Positions 53,690-64,000 of a stretch of DNA of 64,000 nt are shown here, one piece after another. Source of the DNA: Octopus vulgaris. Taxonomy: Eukaryota. The notes under the pieces were generated by a model, which saw only the letters and a program-made list of their open reading frames with translations, had not been told where the DNA came from and searched no databases. A program made the position numbers and the translations under genes. The stretch is from assembly GCA_951406725.2 (NCBI GenBank), contig OX597814.1, forward strand, positions 140,368,001 through 140,432,000. Direction: 5' to 3'. The stretch's first letter is position 1; the number at the start of each line of letters is the position of its first letter.

Positions 53690-54200
53690 CGCAGCCATCT
53701 GGTTCGCCAGTCCTCAGTCAAATCATCCAACCCAAGCTAGCATGGAAAGCAGACGTTAAAGGATGATGATGATATATATATATACACACACTGTGCTTGA
53801 GGACACCCTGTGCTTGAGGAGACCTATTGAGACAAGTACATCAACATCAAAAAATCAAATGGAAATTGTAGTTGTGATACCTGTGCCAGTGGCACGTAAA
53901 AAGCACCATCCGAACGTGGCCGATGCCAGCGCTGCCTTGACTGGCTTCCATGCCAGTGCCACGTAAAAAGCACCAACCGACCGTGGCCATTGCCAGCATC
54001 ACCTGGCACCTGTGCCGGTGGCATGTAAAAAGTACCCACTCATCTCATGGAGTTGTTGGCGTTAGGAAGGGCATCCAGCTGTAGAAACACTGCTAGATCA
54101 GATCGGAGCCTGGTTCAGCCTCCTGGCTTCCCAGACCCCGGTCGAACCGTCCAACCCATGCTAGCATGGTGAACGGACGTTAAACGATGATGATGATGAT
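53690..54200 (+). mobile_element. Two RTE 3' UTR insertions with (GAT)n tails
   Basis: 'gtgccagtggcacgtaaaaagcacc' units, 'ggcgttaggaagggcatccagc' and 'ccatgctagcatgg...cgttaaacgatgatg'. Confidence 0.88.
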
Positions 54201-54319
54201 GCTGTTCTATCAGTTTTTATGCGTTGAAAATTATATCTTTCTAGTTGTTCTTTAAAAAAATAAGTACTGGGGGAAAATTTTCAATTAAACTCTTCAAGGC
54301 AGAGTCCCAACATCTTTTT

Positions 54320-54775
54320 TATCTTTCATTTGTTTCAGCTATTAGACTGTGACCATACTGGGGTACCACCTTGGGGAATTATAGTAAAACCAATCAACTC
54401 TGGTACTTATTTTTTAGCTTGGCACTTAGTCTATTAGTTTTTTGGCTGGATAGCTAAGTTATAGGGACATAAACACACCAACACTGTTTGTCAATCAGTG
54501 GTGAGAGACAAACACAAAGACACCCAAACCCCACATACATACACACACGTGCATGCGTGTGTGTGTGTTTGTGTGGGTGTGTATGCGTGCATATATATGT
54601 GTGTGTACATGAATGACAGGCTTCTTTCGGTTTCCATCCACCAGTTCCACTCACAAGGCTTTGGTCAGCCCGAGGCTATAGTAGAAGACACTTGCCCAAG
54701 ATGCCACACAATGGAACTGAACCTGAAACCATGTAGTTGGGAAACAAACTTCCTACCTCACAGCTATGCTTGTAC
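54320..54775 (-). mobile_element. Family-B SINE (another plus-strand copy at ~57535-57900)
   Basis: Reverse complement of the family-B consensus with an internal (CA)/(TG) tract. Confidence 0.85.
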
Positions 54776-55136
54776 CACAGTCCAATGACTGAAACAAGTT
54801 TAAAAATAAAATGTAAAAGAATTCAAAATAACAAAGGAGGCTCAAGTGAAGAGAAGATGTAATAATTGCAGACCTATCCAACCCATATATCAGCACGAGA
54901 GTGAAACTAATAATCCTTTCTACTAAAGGCACAAGAAGGCCTGAAATTTGTGGCATGGGGACTAGCTGATTACATCGACCTCTGTGTTTCACTGGAACTT
55001 AATTTATCGACCTCTCCCCCAAAGGATGAAAGGCAAAGTCGACCTTGGTGGAATTTGAACTCAGAATGCAGCAGCAGATGAAATACTGCCAAGCATTTTG
55101 CCCAACATGCTAACAACTCTGCCAGCTTGCTGCCTT

Positions 55137-55137
<1 letters not shown>

Positions 55138-55188
<51 letters not shown>

Positions 55189-55190
55189 TA

Positions 55191-55251
<61 letters not shown>

Positions 55252-55266
55252 TAATAATAATAATAA
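55138..55266. repeat. (AAT)n microsatellite
   Basis: Directly visible; the source of the poly-N and poly-I ORFs. Confidence 0.97.
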
Positions 55267-55404
55267 ATCCTATGCAAAACACTTTCAATACAGTAACCAT
55301 AAGAGCATCACAGCAAACCACAGCACATACCCAAGGCACACAAAGCTGCACTCGGTAGTGAAGTGAAAGCATGCTATAAAAATAAAACAACTGAATAATA
55401 ATAA

Positions 55405-55990
55405 TCATCATCATCATCGTTTAACGTCCGTTCTCCATGCTAGCATGGGTTGGACGGTTCGACCAGGGATCTGGGAAGCCAGAAGGCTGCACCAGGCTCC
55501 AGTCTTATCTGGCAGTGTTTCTACAGCCGGATGCCCTTCCTAACGCCAACCACTCCGTGAGTGTAGTGGGTGCTTTTTACGTGCCACCTGCACAGGTGCC
55601 AGGCGAGGCTGGCAACGGCCACGGTCGGATTGGTGTATTTTATGTGCCACCGGCACGGAAGCCAGACGAGGCGGTGCTGGCATCGGCCACGAGTCGGATG
55701 GTGCTTTTTACGTACCACCAGACCAGGGATCCTGGCTGGTTCAATTCGATTTCGATTTTGCTTGCTCCAACATGTCTTCGCAAGCAAGGGGGTTGGCATG
55801 GGTGCCTGTTGTACGGTCAGATTGGTGTATTTTACGCGCCACCGGCACGGAAGCCAGTGGAGGCAGCGCTGGCATCGGCCACGAGTCGGATAGTGCTTTT
55901 TACGTACCACCAGACCAGGGAACCTGGCTGGTTCAATTCGATTTCGCTTGCCCCAACATGTCTTCGCAAGCAAGGGGGTTGGCATGGGTA
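55405..55990 (-). mobile_element. RTE 3' UTR insertion with an internal ~190-bp tandem duplication
   Basis: (CAT)n tail; 55621-55802 is repeated at 55812-55988. Confidence 0.88.
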
Positions 55991-57138
55991 ATAATAATAA
56001 TAATAATAATAATAATCCTTTCTACTATTGGCAAAAGGCCTGGATTGTGTGGGAAGGAGCACAGTCGATCACATCGACCCCACTAATCAACTGGTACTTA
56101 TTTTATCGACCCCCAAAAGAATGAAAGGCAAAGTTGACCTCAGCAGAATTTTGAACTCAAAACGTCGCTGCAAATGAAATGCTGCAAAGCACTTCACCTG
56201 GGGTGCTAATGATTCTACCAGCTCACCAACTTAGAGAACAAAATCTAATAATGACGGCTGGTAGTAATGATGATGATCAGGGAAGTGGAGTGGAGAATAC
56301 TTTGTTATTTTAAACACTAATAAAATATGGATTGTAGACAGAATTTATATATAGCATCTTATATAATTCCTTGACTGATTTGCACTTATCTGATTGCTCA
56401 GAAGCAAACACCAAGAAGAGAGTGAAAGAAAAGTATACTTCACGTATGTAAGTATGTATGTATTTGTATATGCACATTTACATGTGTGTGCATGTGTGTG
56501 TGTGTGTGCATGTGTGTGTGTGCATGTGTGTGTGTGTGCATTTGTGTGTGTGTGTGTTTGTGTGTACATGTGTGTGTGTGTGTGGTCTTAGAATGATGCC
56601 ATAATGCCATAATAGTTGGCATCAATACAAATACATGATGCAACAGATTCAAACAGGAATCTTTAGACTGGATTAATAATCTTTGGGCAATAAAGGAGAG
56701 TATAACAAAAAAAAAATTATCCCCTCCTCCTTTCTCTCTTTTTCTTTCTCTCTCTGCCTCTATCTTTCTATCTGTGTGTGCGTGTATGTGTGTGTCTCTC
56801 TCTCACTCTTCTCTTCTCTTGTTTAACCCAGTCTTGGAGATTACATGTTGCAATAAAATAAAAGACTTATAAACCCTATTTTCTCTCCTTTTTGAGACTT
56901 ACCATTCTTATTATATCTTCTCATTCATCATCACACCTCCATTCGTCACCACCACCAATCTCCACCAACACCACCAACACCAATCACCACCACTGTCACC
57001 TCCACCACAACTATCACTACCACCACCATCACATACACAGTCAGAGTCACCTCATCTCTCATTCTTAATAAAATATTCTGAACGCTTCCTTTCCCTTACA
57101 CTACAACATTAATATATGTAGATGAATGCAAAGATATC

Positions 57139-57177
<39 letters not shown>

Positions 57178-58639
57178 TTTTTGTAGCACAATCTTCTCTC
57201 TAATATAGTTACTTGGTCAACCTTTTACTTTCACACTCACGTTCATACTTCTCTTCCCCCACTCACTCTCTCTCTCATTCTCTTTCTCTCAGTGTGTGTG
57301 CGTGTGTGTGTCTTTCTCTCTTTCTCACACACATACACACACACACACATGCACACTCTAATATATGTAGATTAATGCAATTACAAGTAGCTTCCAAGAA
57401 AGCAAACACATACATGTATACATACATACATATGCATTATAAACACATTATAATGCAGAAACACACACATTACAAATGCATAAATACACATCATATATAT
57501 ATATACATATACATACACACACACATACATATAGGCACAGGAGTGGGTGTGTGGTTCTGGGTTCTGGGTTCAGTCTCACTGTGTGGTACCTTGGGCAAGT
57601 GTCTACCAAAGCCTTGTGAGTGGATTTGGTGGACAGAAACTGAAAAGAAGCCCATCGTATATATATGAGTGTGTATGTGTGTGTCTGTCTGTCTGTTTGT
57701 GTTCATCCCCCCACCATTGCTTGACAACTGATGTTGATGTGTTTACGTCCCCATAATATAGTGGTTTGGCAAAAGAGACCAATAGAATAAGTACCAGGCT
57801 TACAAAGAATAAGTACTGGGGTCGACTTGTTCGACTAAAGGCAGTGCTCCAGCATGGCCACAGTCAAATGACTGAAACAAGTAAAAAAAAGAATAAAAGA
57901 AAACATTAAACATAAACACAGAAACACACCTTATAAGCACGCATAGAAACAAACACATACACACACCTGATACATTCTAAACACAGACATATTCATCATA
58001 AACACACACTCACACACACATTATAAACTCACAAATGTACGCATAAATACACAAACACACACATCTTATACAAACACATCCAAATGACAGGGAAAAAATG
58101 AATAAATAAAAACATTTCTAATTGTCACATTTAATCTACACTAAGCTAATCTATTTACATATTTTATATCAACATGAGAAGAACTAATTTCTGCAGTGGC
58201 TTTAGTCACTGTTGCCTGCTAATGTACCAGAAACATATATAATTTTAGTCATTCATTATGAAATGAGAGAAGACAAAATGTAGGTTATGAAAATCCATTG
58301 AAGCATGACATGATAGATTTTTTTCAGTAAAAGAAGAGAATAAGCAGAGTTTTATTTGATTCGGAGCGATACATTATTCTTTTTCACAGTTTGTGAGCAA
58401 ATACTTTCTGATAGATATATACCCCTTTACTGGTTTCAGCCAGTGAAGTGTGAATGTGACCGTGACCATGCAGGAACACGTCTTGTAAGAAATTTTAGTC
58501 CATCATACCGAGTCCCCGCCATCTCCCATTGATTGTTCTATTGATTTCAAATCAGTAAATGGCAAAGTTATATTTCTAATATGAAAAATAAATTTTAAAA
58601 AACAGTTTAATACACATACAATATGTATATGCATATATG

Positions 58640-58673
<34 letters not shown>

Positions 58674-58691
58674 TGTATGTATGTATGTATG

Positions 58692-58739
<48 letters not shown>

Positions 58740-60140
58740 TAGATAGATAGATAGATAGATATACATATATATATTCATATATATATGTGTGAAACAGTTC
58801 TAGATGTGCTGTTTTATGTATATATTTATGTATGTATATATATATATATATACATGAGTGTGTATGTATGTATGTATGTATATATGTGTGTGTGTGAGAG
58901 CGAAACTGACTTCTATAAGTGCTGCGTTTTATGCATATATTTATGTATGTATGTATTTATGTATATATGTGTGTGTGTGTGTGTTTGTGTGTGCATGTGT
59001 GTGTGTGTGTATGTGTGTGTGTGTATTTATATCCGTGAGTGTGTGAGCAAAACTGAGTTCTAGAAGTGCTGTGTTTTATATGCTTTCCATCGACATGGTA
59101 CGCTGACTCCCCCAATGCAATCAACCAAACTCTCTCTCATCATGCACTATGCCTGCCTTTCCCCCATTGCTCCTGTAGCCTAACCCTACCTTGTCATCTT
59201 TCTCTCTCTCTCTCATGTCTCCGCCCCGCCATGTCAACGGTATCATTGCCATCTAGCCTCTCCACTTACTCTCTTCTGCACCTCTCTCATCCTCCCCAAT
59301 TTGTGATTCATCGGTCATTGACCTACTGCATTACCTAACTTCTCTACAGCTGCATGCTGCTTCCTCATCTCCTCCTCTACTGTTTCCCATACACTCTAGC
59401 AATAACCCCGCCCACACAATCATTTCTTACATTGTGCATTGAGGGGCCACCTGGACACCTCATCTCCCATCTATCGCTTTCGCAACTCCTACTAGCCTAC
59501 TGATCATTCTCTCTCCTTCCCATACTAAGCATGAGTAACCACACAGCTCTTCTATAGGAACCCGCTCTGACCCACCTCCATTTCTCTCATACTCACATCT
59601 TGTAACATAAAACCCTCACTTCCTCAGGCATCTGTAAACCTGTGCAGAAGCCCCCCAAAAAAGAATCCAGTACATGCTGTAAAATGGTTGGCATTAGGAA
59701 GGGCATCCAGCCATAGAAACCATGCCAGAGCAGATGGAGTACAATACAGTCCTTAGATCCATTGGATCCTGTTAAGCCATCCAACACATGCCAGCATGCA
59801 ACATGGACATTAAATGATGATAATCTCTACTTTGAGATTCTGATATATCTCTTCTCAATTCCCCATTTCTGTTGGTCTATTGTATATTTCAGTGTAATTC
59901 AATGATTTAGTTGAGGATTTGGCTTCTCTTTCCAGCAAGTAGGCGACTTGTGTGCCCGCTATTGTAATTATAGTTAATTATAGTTATAAATTTTATTCTC
60001 TAGCTATTTAATGCTATTATTACTTGCTACCACATATATTTTTGTTGTTGCTATTACCAATTATTTAAATTTAACAATAACAATAAAAAATATCTATATA
60101 AATATTCATTTGAATATTTACTCCTTGCATATATATGCAT

Positions 60141-60223
<83 letters not shown>

Positions 60224-61308
60224 TACACACACATGTAGTAAAGAAGTGCGGCCTAGTTATCTGGGTGTTTGGCTCATGATCATAATGTTGTCAGTTCAAA
60301 TACTGAACCTAGTGACATGTAATATACCTGAGTAATAATTTCATGTTAGTCTACTCCAGTCTATTCAGCTGAAAAAATGAGTACCAGCTGAATATTGGTA
60401 CAGCCCTCACTCCCTCCATTTCCAGCTGTCACATCCTGGGAGCTGGGACAAAGGATGTGAGAGTTAAGAGGGCACTTCTGTCTGCTCACAACAAAGTTGG
60501 TACATGAAACAATTAATGAAATCGAAATCATGTATGTTTGTTATGTGAACATACCTGTTCACAGGTGACAGTTGGCTGTTCATGTATATCATCACCATCA
60601 TCTTCATCATCATCATTTAAAGTTTGTTTTCCATGTTAGCATGGGTTGGACGGTTTGACAGAAGCTGGCAAGCCAGAGGACTGCACCGAAGTCTATTGTC
60701 TCCTTTGGCACAGTTTACAGCTCATACTGGATGCATTTTACATGGTACCAACACCAGAAGTGGTCACCAAGTAACTTCCAAGAACAAAATCTCCTTGACC
60801 AGGGAGTGAGGAATAGTATTGAGCAAAGTGGCTTTGTGCCAGTTGATGAGAGGTTGAAAGGTATAATAGGGGGATGAAGATAGATGTCTTGTTGTAGAGA
60901 AAATTATATGGCCTACCCCAGCTGGAAAAAAGAGAGAGTTACAAACAGTTAGAGAGAGAGATGATGATGGTGGTGGTTAAGATGTGTCAGGGAGAGACAT
61001 GTTTTATATTCACCATCTCCACATACCTCAAGGTGAGGGGGCTTCCATACATGACAGATTCCCCTCAGAAAGTATTGGTGAACTCTAGGTAATAGTAGTA
61101 AACACCTGCTCAAGGTGCCATGCAGTGGGGTAGAACTCAAAACTTTATAGTTGTTAAGTGAACTGAACTCCTTACGTGCACAGCCATGCCTGTATTTGTC
61201 ACTGAATATGTTGAAAGAAAAAGTCTTTGTAACCAGAAGCTTTTCTCACTGAAAAAACAACTCAGCTGTGAATTAGAAGTAGGACATATCAGCCATGTCT
61301 ACGGAGGC

Positions 61309-62154
61309 TAGAGAAATGTGCTTTGATGATTGGGGGGTGGGGTAGTGAAGAGGTGAGCAGAACACAGAGGCTTGAGTAAGGTTTGAACACACTATCATGT
61401 ATACAACAGTTCAGCATCTTAACCCTTACAGCCATCATAATATGCACAGCTCTTTCAACAGTTAAAAAATTGATGTAGTAGTAGTAGTGGTGGTGGTGGC
61501 GGCGGCGGCGGCGGCGCAGCAACAGCGCCTGCGGCAGCAGCAGCAATTGTTGTAGTAGTTGTAGCAGTGGTGGTAGGAATGGCAGTGGTGGTGGTAGTAA
61601 TATACCAGCAGCAGCAGCAGTAGAGACAACAACAATGACAGCATCAATAAGAACAGCAGCAGCAGCAGCAGCAGCAGCAGCCGTCCAAGAATTTGTACCT
61701 AGAGATCTCCATTTCCAGCAACTTCAAGGGCCACCTCCAAGTGGTGTTGGATGTCAACGAAGAGCTCTCGACTACAAGACGACCAAAGTTTTTTTTTTTC
61801 CAAGGTCTGGGGTCACCCGCCCCTAAGCCCTAGACCATCACCTAATCACCCTTACCAACAACAACAACAGCAGCAGCAAGTAGTAGTAGTAGTAGTAGTA
61901 GCAGCAGCAGTAGCAGTAGCAGTAGTAGTAGTAGTAGTGGCAACAGCTAGATTCAGTCAACCCTGACCAGACAGACAGACCAGTTACATATAGTTACCAA
62001 CCAAACAAGAGAAATGTGCTTTGACGATCGAGGGGAAGAGTGAAGAGGTGAGCAGAACACAGAGACTTGAGTAAGGTTTGAACACGCTATCATGTTCAGC
62101 ATCTTAACCCTCACAGCCATCATACTATGCACGGTTCTTTCAACAGTAAAAACT

Positions 62155-62185
<31 letters not shown>

Positions 62186-62258
62186 CAGCAGCAGCAGCAG
62201 CAGCAGCGGTAGTGGTGGTGGTGGTGGTGGCAGTGGTAGTAGTAGTAGTAGTAGTAGT

Positions 62259-62295
<37 letters not shown>

Positions 62296-62520
62296 GTAGT
62301 GGTGGTGGTGGTGGTGGCAGTGGTAGTAGTAGTAGTAGTAGTAGTAGCAGCAGCAGCAGCAGCGGTAGTGGTGGTGGTGGTGGTGGCAGTGGTAGTAGTA
62401 GTAGTAGTAGTAGCAGCAGCAGCAGCAGCAGCAGCAATGGCACTGGTAGTGGCGGTGGCGGCGGCGGCAGTGATAGAGGTGGTGGTAGTGGTGGTGGTGA
62501 GGGTGGAGGAGGAGCTTCTG
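61309..62520. repeat. Diverged ~700-bp-period duplication (SINE-like head on the minus strand plus compound GTA/GCA/GTG trinucleotide arrays)
   Basis: 61309-61470 matches 62009-62155, and each is followed by trinucleotide tracts. Confidence 0.85.
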
Positions 62521-63339
62521 TGTAGCAGCAACTTCTATACAGGAGCAACAGACCAGACAAGGTTGAAATTGACTTTCTGACCAATCAAATATATGATATT
62601 ATAAACCAATGAAGGGGGTCTCTATCAATAGTCACTTTACATGCTAGAAACTGCAGTGAAATTACACTTAAATCATATCTTACTGTTTTAAAAAAAAGAT
62701 GGGACCAAAACACCTACAGAGCTGTTGCATCACCTGATGAGACACTGTTTCCTACATTCAGAAACAGAGTAAGGCAACACCTTCAGCATACATGTTACCC
62801 TAAATGTAGTATTAAATACTTGGTGCTTGGAGAGAGACAAGGTGGGATGGCCATAGGTGGAATAGTTTTGATTGAGGTTTGCTCAATTAATGCCAACCAA
62901 GTGATAAACAACAACAAATAACAGCAATTATGAGCCAACAAGCGAATCTCTACATGGTAGCTCAAACTACAAGAATAAAAACAAAAAGTGGAAGTCCCCT
63001 CAAGTTGCAACCATCATGAAAAGCAAAAAGTCCTAGGATACATTGTCTGAAGATTAGTTGTGATAGTTGTGGCTGGAATGCTATTCCCTTCCAGTCATTT
63101 CAAAATGTAGCCACATGTAAATCGTTGGGAATTTTTTCCTCCATCTTCCCTTTCCCTTGGACTTTCTTCTGTTTCCTGTTTCTGAAGAAGAGCTTTGCTC
63201 AAAACGTAAAACTACCTTTCTTTCCTTCCCTGAGCATCTGCTAATACTTTGAATATACTATGTCCTTGCATTGCTGTTTTTTTTCTTGTGTTAGTTCTTT
63301 GTTTTTTTTTTTGATCTATTATATATATATATCCAATAC

Positions 63340-63543
63340 TGCCTGACTGGCACGTAAAATCACCCAGTGCACTCTCGGAGTGGTTGGCATTAGGAAGAGC
63401 ATCCAGCTGTAAAAACTCTGTCAGATCAGATTGGAGTCTGGTGCAGCCATCTGGTTTGCCAGACCTCAGTCAAATCGTCCAACCCATGCTAGCATGGAAA
63501 GTGGACGTTAAACGATGATGATGATGATGATGATGATGATGAT
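63340..63543 (+). mobile_element. RTE 3' end with (GAT)n tail
   Basis: 'ggagtggttggcattaggaagagcatccagctg...ccatgctagcatggaaagtggacgttaaacgatgatg'. Confidence 0.88.
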
Positions 63544-64000
63544 ATATTTATATATAGTGTAATAGGATAATAGGATGTCTTTGTGGTTAAATGGAAGGGG
63601 TTAGTAAAGACAGCAATGCAAGGACAAGGGTTAACAAATAAGGTATTAGCTTAACAGTGTTTTAAATGCTTTGAGCATTAGTCCTTCCTCAGAAGAAAGA
63701 GAAAAGCATAGAGGAATAGTCAGAGAGAGAGAGAGAGAGAAAAATCAAATACTAAGTGATAAAAAAGAGGAAGGGCAAAAGAGAAGGTGGTGAAAAAAGA
63801 AAACGGTAAGATCATGGGAAGTTATGCACAATGCAAAGAGTAGTAAAAATATATATCCAAAATAATCTAGAGAGTAATTTAAGTTGAAAGTTTGAGTTTT
63901 GAGGTTTTCCAGTCTTCCAACTGAATAGAATATGCACAACTGAAGAGGCCTAATAAGACTGAAACTTACCTGTTGTTTTAACCAGTTGGATTTAAAGATC

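Noticed and set aside
55098-56086. Poly-N/poly-I ORFs and 100-180-aa ORFs such as MLAWVGRFDQ...
   Set aside because: They derive from the (AAT)n tract and from the GC-rich RTE 3' UTR; the same pseudo-peptides recur wherever this repeat occurs.
61953-62584. Poly-T/A, poly-V/A, poly-P/L and poly-S/G ORFs
   Set aside because: They are translations of a trinucleotide array whose flanks are SINE-derived.

Overview
AT-rich, repeat-saturated eukaryotic DNA. The SINE, RTE and microsatellite landscape looks like an octopus/cephalopod genome (inference; I cannot confirm the species). Most of the window is microsatellite or transposon-derived: several tRNA-headed SINE families, 5'-truncated RTE LINEs with (GAT)n tails, a CR1-type LINE end, a decayed Penelope-like element (RT plus C-terminal GIY-YIG), two decayed mariner transposons, mariner/hAT/pogo/piggyBac-type MITEs, and non-autonomous Helitron and Helentron-like elements. 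Almost all ORFs in the track are artefacts of these repeats. One candidate host gene can be assembled by hand on the minus strand (non-coding exon ~27225-27272; coding exons 18900-18978, 12451-12708, 10904-10923). It encodes a ~118-aa protein whose C-terminal half resembles a shortened death fold. The most interesting non-coding signals are: a minimal type-I hammerhead ribozyme with an intact catalytic core inside a ~550-bp foldback element (3538-4086), plus several decayed hammerhead-like motifs elsewhere; tandem arrays of a putative H-type pseudoknot in the RTE 3' UTR; a ~430-bp palindromic SINE duplication; and a palindrome-rich 43-bp higher-order minisatellite. The last two lie in an intron of the candidate gene. 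All calls were made by eye, no searches or folding programs were run, and repeat boundaries are approximate.
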